Assembly (NCBI GenBank): GCA_963810605.1
Contig: CAWEOF010000002.1
Coordinates: 11,503-75,502 of the forward strand
Length of the DNA stretch: 64,000 nucleotides
Source of the DNA: an uncultured Actinomycetes bacterium
Lineage (GTDB): Bacteria > Actinomycetota > Thermoleophilia > Solirubrobacterales > Solirubrobacteraceae
Reading direction: 5' to 3'
Part shown: one piece after another, positions 9,323 to 19,321 of the stretch
Layout of the letters: every line of letters starts with the position of its first letter
Numbering within the stretch: the first letter of the stretch is position 1
Made by a program: the position numbers and the translations under genes
The notes under the pieces: generated by a model
Told to the model about the DNA's origin: nothing
What the model saw: the letters and a program-made list of their open reading frames with translations, nothing else
The model's database searches: none

Positions 9323-9400
9323 TGGAGGGCAGCACATGGCCGCCACCGGCGGGTTGCGGGATACTGCGCCACTGACGGGCGACCGAGCACGAGGAGTTCG

Positions 9401-9601
9401 ATGGGCGATCTGCTGGCCAAGATGTTCCTAGGCGGCTACGACAAGATGTCCGACGCGCAGATCGAGGACGTCGCGGAGGGTGCGCTGCTCATGCAGGAGC
9501 AGCTCGCGCGCGACATCATCTCGCTCGCCGAGGAGGCCGGGCTCCAGAAGTCCGATCCGCGTGTCGTGCGTGCCACCGAGATCTTCGAGAAGCTGCGCTA
9601 G
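9401..9601 (+). CDS. Hypothetical small helical protein (paralog of 9605..9817)
   Basis: GAGGAG Shine-Dalgarno before the ATG and strong codon bias. The segment EDVAEGALLMQEQLARDI aligns with LDVAEAALRVQLLLAKDV of the next ORF. Confidence 0.55.
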   Translation: MGDLLAKMFLGGYDKMSDAQIEDVAEGALLMQEQLARDIISLAEEAGLQKSDPRVVRATEIFEKLR

Positions 9602-9604
9602 ACG

Positions 9605-9817
9605 ATGGGCTACTACGTTCGTCGTCTGCTCGGCATGAATCACACGTTCGAGTCGCGCAAGGAGGCCCTCGACGTCGCCGAGGCCGCACTGCGCGTCCAG
9701 CTCCTGCTCGCCAAGGACGTCCTGGCGATCACCGAGCTCTTGCAGATCCCCGAGGAGTACAAGGTCGAGGATCGGCGCATCCAGCGTGCGCGCGAGACGG
9801 TCCGGCGTCTCGGCTAG
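9605..9817 (+). CDS. Hypothetical small helical protein (paralog of 9401..9601)
   Basis: Starts 4 nt after the previous stop. Strong codon bias and a shared DVAE-AL--Q--LA-D core. Confidence 0.55.
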   Translation: MGYYVRRLLGMNHTFESRKEALDVAEAALRVQLLLAKDVLAITELLQIPEEYKVEDRRIQRARETVRRLG

Positions 9818-9824
9818 CGGGGGT

Positions 9825-10784
9825 GTGTTCACCAACTGTCGCCAGGCGATCGTTAGCGAACACACCCCCCGGTCGTGCGCCGCGCTGCTGGTGGTCCTCG
9901 GCGCGCTCGTGGCGGTCGGTTGCGGCGAGAACCCAACCACCGCGGGCGAAACGGCGAGCACGACCGCCACGACCCGGCCGCAACGGCCGGTGCTCTGCGG
10001 GAAGCTTCGCGCGAGCATCGTCGGGCGGGTCGAGACGGCGGCGGCGACGGAGCTCTCCGGGCTCGTGCTGTCGCGCTCGCAGCGCGGCGTGCTGTGGACC
10101 CACAACGACTCAGGCGACGAGCCGCGGCTGCTTGCGGTCGGCCTCGACGGGCGGCTGCTGGCGGACGTCTCGCTGACCGGCGCCGAGGCCTTTGACTGGG
10201 AGGACGTCGCGGCCGGCCCGCGCGAGCTCTACGTCGGCGACATCGGCGACAACGTCCCGCAGCGCGATGCGATCGTCGTCTACCGCGTGCCCGAGCCGCG
10301 CGTCCTCGGCGGTGGCGCCAGCCCGACGGCGGCGCAGGCGACCCGGATCGAGCTGCGCTACCCCGACGGGCGGCGCGACGCGGAGGCGCTCCTGCGCGAT
10401 CCCGTCAGCGGGGCGCTTGTCGTCGTCTCGAAGAGCGCCGGCGGCCGCGCCGGGATCTACGTCGCCGAGAAGCCCGGGGCCGGCGCCGCGACGACGATGC
10501 GCCGTCGCGGGAGCATCGAGCTCGGCGAGGGGGAGGCCGTCACGGCGGGCGACGTCTCCGCGGACGGCCGCACGATCGTCCTGCGGACGTATACGAGCGC
10601 GTACGTCTGGACGCGCCGCCCCGGCGAGCGTGTCGCGAGCGCGCTGCGGCGCAAGCCGTGCACGGCCGGCGCCGCGCTCTTCGAGGGGCAAGGCGAAGCG
10701 CTCGCCGTCGCGGCGGACGGTCGCGCGTTCTACACGGTGCCCGAGGGTCCGGCGCCGGCGATTCGCCGATACGCGCCCGTTTGA
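9825..10784 (+). CDS. Putative secreted lipoprotein, beta-propeller-like
   Basis: Signal or lipobox-like segment ALLVVLGALVAVGCGE, then LSGLVLSRSQRGVLWTHNDSGDEP...LYVGDIGDN. The start (GTG 9825) is uncertain. Confidence 0.5.
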   Translation: MFTNCRQAIVSEHTPRSCAALLVVLGALVAVGCGENPTTAGETASTTATTRPQRPVLCGKLRASIVGRVETAAATELSGLVLSRSQRGVLWTHNDSGDEPRLLAVGLDGRLLADVSLTGAEAFDWEDVAAGPRELYVGDIGDNVPQRDAIVVYRVPEPRVLGGGASPTAAQATRIELRYPDGRRDAEALLRDPVSGALVVVSKSAGGRAGIYVAEKPGAGAATTMRRRGSIELGEGEAVTAGDVSADGRTIVLRTYTSAYVWTRRPGERVASALRRKPCTAGAALFEGQGEALAVAADGRAFYTVPEGPAPAIRRYAPV

Positions 10785-11027
10785 GCGAACCGCCGCCCGC
10801 CGGCTTCGCGGGTTCGCGCCAACTCGGCGAATCGTGCGTTTAGCCCTCGCGAGGGCGGGCACGATCTCAAGCAGAGCCCGCCGAGAGCCGGTCCGGCCCA
10901 TATCCCCCGCCTCCCCCTCGCTCTCGGCTTCAGCGCCCGGCCTTCCCAGGCCGGGCGCGGTTCGTTAAGCGGCTTTCGTCGCGGTGCAAAGGAACGCGGG
11001 CGCCCCCGTCGAAACAGGGTCTCGCCC

Positions 11028-11891
11028 ATGAAGCGATCTGCCACGACGAGCACTCCCGAGTCGCTCTCCACCTACATTCAGGCCCGCTTCGACGACTTCT
11101 CGCGTTCGCAGAAGGATGTCGCGCAGTACATCGTCGACCATCTCGACGAGGTCGCCTTCCAGACGGCCGAGGAGCTGGCTCGCCGCGCGAACACGTCGTC
11201 GAGCACGGTTGTGCGCTTCTCGCAGGCGCTCGGCTTCGAGGGCTACCCCGAGCTGCAGCACTCCGCTCGCGAGGAGTACCGCCGCCGCCACGCGACCTCG
11301 CCGGTGGCCATGGCGTCCAGCGGACCCGCCGCGCCGCTGTTCTCGCTCGACCAGAACGAGTTCGAGACGATGCTCGCCGCCGACCACGTCAACGTCGAGG
11401 ACACGGCGCGCAAGGTGTCGCGCTCGGAGATCGAGTCCGCCGTCGAGGCGATCGCGACGACGCCGCGCCTGCTTGTCGCGGGCACCGACCAGATGGCCTT
11501 CTTCGCGTCCTACCTGCGCCACCTGCTCATGCTGCTCGACCTGCGCGCGGAGATCGTCGCGAGCCCGTCGCAGGAGGCGCTGGGCCGCCTCTCGCGCATC
11601 GACGAGGAGACGCTCGTGATCGGCCTGTCCGCCGGTCGTCCGCACCCGCTTGTCGTCCGCGCGATGAAGCTCGCCCGCCACCGCAAGGCGCGGACGATGG
11701 CGATCACGGACGCAACGCTCTCCGAGGTCGCCAAGCTCGCCCAGATCCGGCTGTACTACTCGTCCAACAGCCCCGCCTACGTGCGCTCGCACACCGCGCT
11801 GCTGAGCATGGTGCAAGCGCTCGCCTACGGCGTCTACGCCCGCGATGCCGACGGCTACGCCGATCGCATCAAGGCGTTCAAGCTCAAGTAG
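11028..11891 (+). CDS. MurR/RpiR-family transcriptional regulator (HTH + SIS domain)
   Basis: SQKDVAQYIVDHLDEVAFQTAEELARRANTSSSTVVRFSQALGFEGYPELQ is the RpiR-type HTH. The C-terminal half has a SIS-like pattern. Confidence 0.85.
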   Translation: MKRSATTSTPESLSTYIQARFDDFSRSQKDVAQYIVDHLDEVAFQTAEELARRANTSSSTVVRFSQALGFEGYPELQHSAREEYRRRHATSPVAMASSGPAAPLFSLDQNEFETMLAADHVNVEDTARKVSRSEIESAVEAIATTPRLLVAGTDQMAFFASYLRHLLMLLDLRAEIVASPSQEALGRLSRIDEETLVIGLSAGRPHPLVVRAMKLARHRKARTMAITDATLSEVAKLAQIRLYYSSNSPAYVRSHTALLSMVQALAYGVYARDADGYADRIKAFKLK

Positions 11892-11908
11892 CCCCGCGCC
11901 CCGGGCGG

Positions 11909-12739
11909 TCAGCCGGGCTGGCGCAGCTTGATCGACTTCTTGCCGCAGTCGGGCGAGACGGCGGCGTCGACGAGCGCGACGAACATCGGCCCGCGCGCGC
12001 AGGCGAGGAAGCTGCGCCGGTCGGAGGCGATCGAGCGCGAGATGTGGAAGTAGCCGATCGCCGAGCGCTTGCAAAGATCCGGGCAGCCGCTGTTGCGCAC
12101 GCGCCCGGACCCGATCCGCAGCGCCGTGCGGCGGTGCTTTGCGATGAGGTAGAGATGGCCGATGCGCCCTGGTCCGGACTTCGGCGGACCGCTGCCCGGC
12201 ACCGACGAGCCGGCGGGGCCGGTGGTCGTCAGGACGAAGCGGCCGCGGGTCGCGCTGACGGCGCGCAGGTGCAGGGTCTGCAGGGAGCGCATGACGAGCC
12301 GGCGCACCGGGCTCGAGCCGGTGGCCGGCTCGCCGTCGCGGATGACGGCTTGGACCTCGAGGCCGACGACCGGGACGATCTGAAACTCAAAGGTCCCGTC
12401 GGCGGCGACCTGCGTGCCCTTGTCGGGGAGCGCGCTACCGGTGCCGTAGCCGGGCACCGTCTGGCGCAGCAGGATCGTGATGCCCTGCGGGTCGGGGACG
12501 CCGGCGATCGTGCCCCGGAACGTTGCCCTGCTCTTCGTATCGACACGCCGCGTGATCGTGTCGGGCGTGAGCGTGAGCGTCGCGGCGATCGGTCCGGACG
12601 GCGGCGGCGGAGCCGGCGGCGGGGGAGGGCACTTGCGCTGCAGCAGTCCTCCGCAGCGGCTCTGCGCGGTCGCGACGCCGGCCGCGGTCAGCATGGCCAC
12701 GGCGGCGAGCACGACCGCGGCGCCGCGAAGGATCCTCAT
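11909..12739 (-). CDS. Secreted hypothetical protein
   Basis: Internal ATG 12739 gives signal peptide MRILRGAAVVLAAVAMLTAAGVATAQS, then a Pro-rich linker (CPPPPPAPPPPSGP). The upstream part of the ORF is antisense to pdxS. Confidence 0.5.
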   Translation of the reverse strand: MRILRGAAVVLAAVAMLTAAGVATAQSRCGGLLQRKCPPPPPAPPPPSGPIAATLTLTPDTITRRVDTKSRATFRGTIAGVPDPQGITILLRQTVPGYGTGSALPDKGTQVAADGTFEFQIVPVVGLEVQAVIRDGEPATGSSPVRRLVMRSLQTLHLRAVSATRGRFVLTTTGPAGSSVPGSGPPKSGPGRIGHLYLIAKHRRTALRIGSGRVRNSGCPDLCKRSAIGYFHISRSIASDRRSFLACARGPMFVALVDAAVSPDCGKKSIKLRQPG

Positions 12740-12818
12740 GGCCGCGGACGCTACCTGACGACCCGGAGATCGTGCCGCGCGCGGTGAGCCGTTCAGCGTC
12801 ACCGGTAGAATCGCCGGG

Positions 12819-13703
12819 GTGAGAGACGAAGCGACATTCCGCGTCAAGGCCGGCCTCGCCGAGATGCTCAAGGGCGGCGTGATCATGGACGTCGTCGATG
12901 CCGAGCAGGCCCGGATCGCCGAATCCTCCGGAGCGGCCGCGGTCATGGCGCTCGAGCGCGTGCCCGCCGACATCCGCCGTGACGGAGGGGTCGCGAGGAT
13001 GTCCGACCCGGCGATGATCAAGGCGATCCAGGACGCTGTGACGATCCCCGTCATGGCGAAGGCGCGCATCGGCCACATCGCCGAGGCGCAGGTGCTCGAG
13101 GCGCTCGAGGTCGACTACATCGACGAGTCCGAGGTCCTCACGCCGGCCGACGAGGCCAACCACATCGACAAATGGCTGTACTCCGTGCCGTTCGTCTGCG
13201 GCGCGACGAACCTCGGCGAGGCGCTGCGGCGCGTCGGCGAGGGCGCCGCGATGATCCGCTCCAAGGGCGAGGCCGGCACCGGCGACATCGTCGAGGCCGT
13301 GCGCCACATGCGCTCGATCCGGTCGGAGATCCGCCGCCTCGCCACGCTCGACGAGGCCGAGCTCGCCACCGCCGCGAAGGAGCTGCAGGCGCCGCTGGAT
13401 CTCGTCCGCGGCGTCGCGCACGAGGGCGGGCTGCCGGTCGTCCTGTTCTGCGCGGGCGGTATCGCGACCCCCGCGGATGCGTCGCTCATGATGCAGCTCG
13501 GCGCCGAGGGCCTGTTCGTGGGCTCCGGGATCTTCAAGTCCTCCGACCCCGAGCGCCGCGCACGCGCGATCGTGGAGGCGACGACGCACTTCGCCGACCC
13601 CGAGCGGGTCGCGCGCGCGTCCGAAGGGCTCGGCGAGGCGATGACCTCGGTCGAGACGCGCTCGCTCGAGGGCGAGCAGCTGCTGGCTCAGCGCGGCTGG
13701 TAG
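12819..13703 (+). CDS. pdxS: Pyridoxal 5'-phosphate synthase, lyase subunit
   Basis: [27 protein letters not shown] and GEAGTG are hallmark PdxS segments. Confidence 0.95.
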   Translation: MRDEATFRVKAGLAEMLKGGVIMDVVDAEQARIAESSGAAAVMALERVPADIRRDGGVARMSDPAMIKAIQDAVTIPVMAKARIGHIAEAQVLEALEVDYIDESEVLTPADEANHIDKWLYSVPFVCGATNLGEALRRVGEGAAMIRSKGEAGTGDIVEAVRHMRSIRSEIRRLATLDEAELATAAKELQAPLDLVRGVAHEGGLPVVLFCAGGIATPADASLMMQLGAEGLFVGSGIFKSSDPERRARAIVEATTHFADPERVARASEGLGEAMTSVETRSLEGEQLLAQRGW

Positions 13704-13750
13704 CCGCCGTGCCGGCTGGATCGGCGAACGGCGCCGCGGGTGGACGGCCC

Positions 13751-14305
13751 GTGGCGATCGGGGTGCTCGCGCTCCAGGGCGGCTTCGCGGCGCACAAGCG
13801 GATGCTGCGAGCGCTCGGCGCGGACGTGCGCGAGGTGCGCATCGCCGCGGACCTCGACGGGCTTGACGGGCTCGTCATCCCCGGCGGCGAGTCGACGACG
13901 ATGACGCTCGGGATCGAGCGCGAGGAGCTCGCCGAGCCGCTGCGTGCGCTCGCGGCCTCCGGCACGCCGATCCTCGGTACCTGCGCCGGCCTCATCATGC
14001 TCGACCGCGAGCACCTCGGGCTCATGGACATCGAGGCGCGGCGCAACGCATTCGGGCGCCAGGTGCGCTCGTTCGAGGCGGACCTGGAGGTCGACGGGCT
14101 CGGCGGCGGGCCGCTGCGCGCGATCTTCATCCGCGCCCCGTGGATCGCCTCGCACGGCGACGGCGTGGAGATCCTCGCCTCGTTGGAGGGTCACCCGATC
14201 GCCGCTCGCGAAGGCAGCATGCTGGCTGTCGCGTTTCACCCCGAGCTCGGCCAGGACCCGCGCCTGCACGAGCGGTTCCTCGCGGCGTGCCGGGCCAGCG
14301 CCTGA
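13751..14305 (+). CDS. pdxT: Pyridoxal 5'-phosphate synthase, glutaminase subunit
   Basis: IGVLALQGGFAAH, IPGGESTTM, GTCAGLIML (catalytic Cys) and AVAFHPEL. GTG 13751, alternative GTG 13709. Confidence 0.9.
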   Translation: MAIGVLALQGGFAAHKRMLRALGADVREVRIAADLDGLDGLVIPGGESTTMTLGIEREELAEPLRALAASGTPILGTCAGLIMLDREHLGLMDIEARRNAFGRQVRSFEADLEVDGLGGGPLRAIFIRAPWIASHGDGVEILASLEGHPIAAREGSMLAVAFHPELGQDPRLHERFLAACRASA

Positions 14306-14319
14306 GTGCGCGCGCGGGG

Positions 14320-14682
14320 TCAGGCGCGCGGCGGCGCGTAGCGGTTGTGCAGCATGAGGTCGTTGCCGTCGGGGTCCTTGAAGAGCGCCATGTGGCAGAC
14401 GCCCGTGTCGAGGGTGTCGCCGAGGAAGGCGATGCCCTTGGCCTCGAGCTCGGCCCTGGCGGTCGCGACGTCCCCGACGTGCAGCGCGAGGTGGGCGTTG
14501 GTCTGGGGCGCGAACGGCATCCCCATCTTCGCGGGCTCCCAGATGCCGAAGCACGTCCCGTCGATCCAGAACTCGTACTGGCTCTTGTCGTCGGGCCGAA
14601 GCCCGAGCGTGTCGACGTAGAAGGCGCGTGAGCGGTCGGCGTCCGTCGAAGGGACGCCGATGAAGTCGAGCTTGGTAATCAT
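14320..14682 (-). CDS. VOC / glyoxalase-bleomycin-resistance family protein
   Basis: MITKLDFIGVPSTDADRSRAFYVDTLGL...HLALHV...FKDPDGN is the typical VOC fold pattern. Confidence 0.8.
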   Translation of the reverse strand: MITKLDFIGVPSTDADRSRAFYVDTLGLRPDDKSQYEFWIDGTCFGIWEPAKMGMPFAPQTNAHLALHVGDVATARAELEAKGIAFLGDTLDTGVCHMALFKDPDGNDLMLHNRYAPPRA

Positions 14683-14720
14683 GCGAGCAAGGCTAACCGC
14701 TGATGGGGCCAGGTTGTGGC

Positions 14721-16280
14721 CTAAACCACGAGGCCGTGGCGCAGCGTGTTCTCGGTGACGACGCGCGGCTCCACGAACTGCAGCAGGTAATCGCCGCCGC
14801 CGGCCTTCGTGCCGGTGCCCGACAGGCGGTTGCCGCCGAACGGCTGGCGGCCGACCATCGCCCCGGTCGTCGAGCGGTTGACGTAGAGGTTGCCGACGGG
14901 CGAGCGCGCGACGACGCGCTGAACCGTGCGCGGGTTGCGCGCGAAGAGGCCGCCGGTGAGCGCGACCGGCAGCGCATCGACGCGATCGCAGGCCTCCTCG
15001 ACGTCGCGCACGGACTCGATCGCGAGCAGCGGCCCGAAGATCTCGTCATGCAGGACGCAGGAGTCCGGGGGGAGGTCGGTGGCGAGGGCGGGCAGGCAAT
15101 ACCAGCCGTCGGGCGGGAGCTCTCCGCGGGCCGCGATGACCAGGCCCTCGTCGGCGGCCCGCTGAGCGTACGCGCGCACGCGCTTCGCCGCCGCCTCCTC
15201 GATGACGGCCGGAACGTCGCTTGCGAAGTCGTCCGCGGGGCCGACCTGCAGGCCCGCGATCGCGCCGGCGAGCCGCTCGACGAGCGTGTCGTGCGCCGCC
15301 TCGTGGACGAGCACGCGCGACGCGGCCGAGCACTTCTGCCCGGCGTAGCCGAACGCCGACTCGACGATCGCCGGGACGGCCTCGTCGAGGTCCGCGTCGG
15401 CATCGACGATGACGCAGTTCTTGCCGCCCATCTCCGCGACGACGCGCTTGAGCTGGCGCGCGCCGGGGGCGACGTCGGCGGCGGTCTTGAGGAGCTCGAG
15501 GCCGACCGGACCCGACCCCGTGAAGGCGATCGTGGCGACATCGGGGTGGCGGGCGAGCGCGGCGCCCGCGTCGCCCTCGCCGGGCAGGAGCGCGATCGCG
15601 CCGGCGGGTACGCCGCCGGCGCGCAGCGCCTCGACGACGCGCAGGCCGCAACCCGGCGCCTGCTCGGCAGGCTTCAGCACGACGGTGTTGCCGGTCGCGA
15701 GCGCCGCGGCGGCCATGCCCATCGGGATCGCGAGCGGGAAGTTCCACGGCGCGATGACGGCGCAGACGCCGCGCGGCGCGTAGCGCAGCTCGTTGCGCTC
15801 TCCCGGCATCTGCAGCAGCGGCGCGCCGCCGGCGAGCTCGATCGCGCCGCGCGCGTAGAACTCGAGGAAGTCGATCGCTTCGCAGACGTCAGCGTCGGAC
15901 TCCGCCCAGGGCTTCGCGCACTCGCGCATCGCGAGCGTGGCGAGGACGTGGCGACGCTCGCGCATCCAGACCGCGGCCCGCAGAAGCGCGGCGGCGCGGT
16001 TGCGCGCGGGCGTCGCGGCCCACGGCCCGAACGCGGTCTTCGCGGCGGCCACCGCCGCGGCGGCCTCGTCGGGCGTGGCCCGTGCGGCGAGCGCCACGAC
16101 GCGCTCGGGGTCGCCCGGATCGGTCGAGACGAGCTCCTCGCCGTCGCGGCGATCGAGGCCGATCCAGACGGGCACCCGGATCGGCAGGACAAGCTCGCCG
16201 AGCGCGACGGCGAGCTTGGCGCGCTCGGTCGCGCGGCGCAGCTCGAGCACCGGCTCGTTGGCGAAGGGGGGCAGGCTCAT
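14721..16280 (-). CDS. pruA: L-glutamate gamma-semialdehyde (P5C) dehydrogenase, aldehyde dehydrogenase family
   Basis: Aldehyde dehydrogenase catalytic motifs VAEMGGKN and GYAGQKCSAASR. Sits directly downstream of proline dehydrogenase. Confidence 0.85.
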   Translation of the reverse strand: MSLPPFANEPVLELRRATERAKLAVALGELVLPIRVPVWIGLDRRDGEELVSTDPGDPERVVALAARATPDEAAAAVAAAKTAFGPWAATPARNRAAALLRAAVWMRERRHVLATLAMRECAKPWAESDADVCEAIDFLEFYARGAIELAGGAPLLQMPGERNELRYAPRGVCAVIAPWNFPLAIPMGMAAAALATGNTVVLKPAEQAPGCGLRVVEALRAGGVPAGAIALLPGEGDAGAALARHPDVATIAFTGSGPVGLELLKTAADVAPGARQLKRVVAEMGGKNCVIVDADADLDEAVPAIVESAFGYAGQKCSAASRVLVHEAAHDTLVERLAGAIAGLQVGPADDFASDVPAVIEEAAAKRVRAYAQRAADEGLVIAARGELPPDGWYCLPALATDLPPDSCVLHDEIFGPLLAIESVRDVEEACDRVDALPVALTGGLFARNPRTVQRVVARSPVGNLYVNRSTTGAMVGRQPFGGNRLSGTGTKAGGGDYLLQFVEPRVVTENTLRHGLVV

Positions 16281-16329
16281 GCCGGGCGGGGGCGCCGAGG
16301 TCCGGGCTCGTGCGTGGACGCGCGCGGGC

Positions 16330-17673
16330 TCACGCGGGCGGCGCCAGGAGCCGCTCGAGCGGGACGCCGTGGGCCTGGTCTGAGAGGAAGCTCTCGTTGG
16401 CCGTGTTCTCCAGCAGGCGGCGGACGAGGTAGGCCATGCCCGCGACGAGATCGCCGACGGGGCAGTAGGAGCGCACCCGCAGGTCGCATGCGGCGAGCGC
16501 CTTGCCGAGGTCGTCGCCGAGGCCGCGCAGCACCTGCAGCTCGATGTCGCCCTCGCCGGCGCCGAGCAGGCGGTTACAGGCGATCGCGTGCGCGACCGAG
16601 CGCAGGTTGTGCGAGGCGATCGCGACGCGCACCGCCGGCCGCGCCTCGAGCAGCCGCAGCGTGAGCGTCTCGAAGTTCGCGTCGCTGTCGGCTTTGCGCT
16701 CGAAGACCGGCACGCTCCAGCCGTGCTGACGAGCCTCGACGACCTCGTGGTCCCAGTAGGCGCCCTTCACGAGCCGTATGACGAGCGGCTGCTCGCGCGG
16801 GGTCGCCGTGGCCCAGTCGAGCACGCGGTCCAGCGTGCCGGGCGAGTCGCGCAGGTAGGCCTGCAGGACGAGGCCGGCGCTCGGACCCGCGGCGAACTCG
16901 GGCTCGGCGAGAAGCTCAAGGACGAGCTCGAGGACGGCCTCGCGCGAGTCCAGCGACTCCATGTCGATGTGCAGGTGCGCGCCGAGGCGGTGTGCGCGAC
17001 GCAGCAGCTCTCGTAGGCGGGGGGCGGCGTCGCGCATCCCGCGCTCGGGTGCTTCGGGGCGCAGCAGTGGCGTCAGCGCGGAGACCTTCACGGAGAGGTT
17101 CGCCCGTGCCAGCGGGCCGAGCGTGTCCTCCTCAAGGCGCGGCTGGCGCCGGAGCTTCGCGTAGGCGGGGGTGAGCGCGTCGAGCGCGGACGCGCAGCGG
17201 GCGGCGTAGCGGTCGGCCTCGGCGGCCGTGACCGTCGCCTCGCCGAGCAGGTCGACCGACGTGGCGATGCCGCCGCGCCACAGACCCCTGAGCGTCGGCA
17301 GCGCGTCGTGCGGGTCGGCGCCGACGATGAAGCGGTGCGCCATGTGCTTGACGCCGGCGGCGCCGGCCGCACCGAGGGCCGCCCGTCCGGCCTTCGTGTT
17401 GCCCATCCTCATCGCGGCGTGCAGCGGCGGTGGCTGGGCGTCGACCTCGTGCAGGAAGCCGGTCAGGTGCGATGCGAGGTCGTCGAGCGAGCGGCACGCG
17501 GGGACGACGTCGACGAAGCGAAAGAGCGCGGCGCGCAGCTCGGCGTCGCGCGACGCGAGGTCCATCGCACGCTCGTCGAGCGCCTTGATCGGGTGGCCGC
17601 GGCGCGACGGGAACGCGCCGGACAGCTCGAGCCCGACGCGCTGGATCTCACGCTCGAGCTCCGCCGAGTCCAC
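16330..17673 (-). CDS. Proline dehydrogenase
   Basis: PutA PRODH-type segments: VKGAYWD, IASHN, AYLVRRLLENTANESFL. GTG start. Confidence 0.85.
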   Translation of the reverse strand: MDSAELEREIQRVGLELSGAFPSRRGHPIKALDERAMDLASRDAELRAALFRFVDVVPACRSLDDLASHLTGFLHEVDAQPPPLHAAMRMGNTKAGRAALGAAGAAGVKHMAHRFIVGADPHDALPTLRGLWRGGIATSVDLLGEATVTAAEADRYAARCASALDALTPAYAKLRRQPRLEEDTLGPLARANLSVKVSALTPLLRPEAPERGMRDAAPRLRELLRRAHRLGAHLHIDMESLDSREAVLELVLELLAEPEFAAGPSAGLVLQAYLRDSPGTLDRVLDWATATPREQPLVIRLVKGAYWDHEVVEARQHGWSVPVFERKADSDANFETLTLRLLEARPAVRVAIASHNLRSVAHAIACNRLLGAGEGDIELQVLRGLGDDLGKALAACDLRVRSYCPVGDLVAGMAYLVRRLLENTANESFLSDQAHGVPLERLLAPPA

Positions 17674-17677
17674 GCGC

Positions 17678-19177
17678 TCAGCCGGGCGGCGGCGCGGCCG
17701 GCTGCACCGGCGGCGCGAGCTCGGGCACCGTCGAGGTGTCCTTCGCCGGCGGCAGCTGCTCGGCGCCCGTGGCGCCGTTGCCGGCGTCGATCTTCGGCGT
17801 CCCGCTGCCGGACGGGTTGTTCGCGTTGTTCGCGGGCGGAGGCGGTGCCGGCGCCGTGGCGGCCGCGGGCGGCGGGGCGGCGCCCTGCGCGGGGGCCGTC
17901 GCCGGCGTATCGGCGGCCTGCTGCGCCGCGGCCTGCTTCTTCTTCTTCGCGGCGCGCGCGCGGGCCTTCGCCTTCTCGACTGCCGCGGCGTTCACCGACG
18001 CGGCGCCCGGCACGACGACCACCGGCGGCTTGTCTTGCGTGGTCGTCGGAACGTCGCTCGCGGCCGGCGCGTAGCTCTGCGGCACCGAGGCCGGCTCGCC
18101 GCCGCCGAAGACGCCGGCGATCGCCAGCGCGGCGATGATCGCGATGACGACGAGGGCCACCGGCAGCACGACCGCCGGGCGCAGCGCGCCGCGGTCGCGG
18201 CGGCGGGCCGGGCGGCGCGAGAGCTCGCGGCGCGGGCGCGGGAGGGCGGCGCCACCGGCCGCGCGGGGGTCTGGAGCCTGGGCGGCGGCGGGCGGCTCGG
18301 CCGTGCGACGCGCGGCGCGCGCGCTGCCGGGCGCCGCGGCCACGGGGGCGGCGCCGGCGCGGGCGGAGCGCGAGCGGCGCGCCTTGCGGTCGGTGGGGGT
18401 GGCGGTCGCGCCGGATCGCCCGCTCGACGCGAGGCCGAGCGCCCCGAGCAGCGAGCCGCGACGCCGCGGACGCGCGGCGGGCTCGGGCGGGGCAAGATCC
18501 TCGGCGGGCATCTCGTAGAAGGAGGTCGGCTGATCGACGTACGTCGCGACGTCGGCTTGCACCGCCGGAAGGTCGTAGGCGGTGGGCGGCTCCGGGTGGG
18601 CGTGCGCCGAGTTGCCGTTCGTGTACCGCGGCGCCTCGACGGGGTCGACCGCGGGGGTCTCCGCGGTCTCGCGGCGGACCGGCGCCGCGGCGTTCATCGC
18701 GGCGACCATCGCCACCTTGACCGCGGGCGGCAGCGGGGTATCCGGCGGCTCGCCGTAGGCCTTGTCGGCGACCTTGAAGCGGGCGACGGGCGCGCGACAC
18801 GTCCAGCACGACGCCAGGTGCTCTTCGAGCCAGTCGTGATCGGCGAGCGTGATGCTGCGATCCGCGCGGGCCGCGAGCAGCTCGGGCACGCGTGCGCAGG
18901 CCTCGGGCGCATCGCTCGACGCGTACCGGGCGGCGGCATGTCGCGTCGCGCTGATGAGCAGCGCCTCGGGGTTGAGCGTGGCGAGGTCGCCGGCGAGCAC
19001 GACGCCGGCGCGGAAGCTCCCGAACGCCTCGGCTGCTGCGGCGGCGCCGCGCTCACCGCGACCCGCGACGACCTCGCAGTACGCGAGCACGGCGGGGCCG
19101 CGCACGTCGCACAAGCCTGCGAGCGCGTCAGGATCGCCGTCGCGCACGCCGGTCGGAGTCACGGCAGTTGCACCCAC
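17678..19177 (-). CDS. zf-HC2 (anti-sigma-like) membrane protein with a long Pro/Ala-rich tail
   Basis: A H-x3-C-x2-C motif (HLASCWTC) lies at about residue 120. One TM helix (VVLPVALVVIAIIAALAIAGVF). The C-terminal region is low-complexity Ala/Pro. Confidence 0.55.
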   Translation of the reverse strand: MGATAVTPTGVRDGDPDALAGLCDVRGPAVLAYCEVVAGRGERGAAAAAEAFGSFRAGVVLAGDLATLNPEALLISATRHAAARYASSDAPEACARVPELLAARADRSITLADHDWLEEHLASCWTCRAPVARFKVADKAYGEPPDTPLPPAVKVAMVAAMNAAAPVRRETAETPAVDPVEAPRYTNGNSAHAHPEPPTAYDLPAVQADVATYVDQPTSFYEMPAEDLAPPEPAARPRRRGSLLGALGLASSGRSGATATPTDRKARRSRSARAGAAPVAAAPGSARAARRTAEPPAAAQAPDPRAAGGAALPRPRRELSRRPARRRDRGALRPAVVLPVALVVIAIIAALAIAGVFGGGEPASVPQSYAPAASDVPTTTQDKPPVVVVPGAASVNAAAVEKAKARARAAKKKKQAAAQQAADTPATAPAQGAAPPPAAATAPAPPPPANNANNPSGSGTPKIDAGNGATGAEQLPPAKDTSTVPELAPPVQPAAPPPG

Positions 19178-19321
19178 ACCCTCAGGCTACCGCCAGGCGA
19201 CGATGCCCGATACGCGGATGCGGGCAATTGCGCCTGCTGCACGGAGGATTTCGCGGTCGTCGTTACAGTCGGCGCCCATGCACGCGGAGCGCGCCTACAG
19301 CCCGCGGCCTCGGGATCTGCG

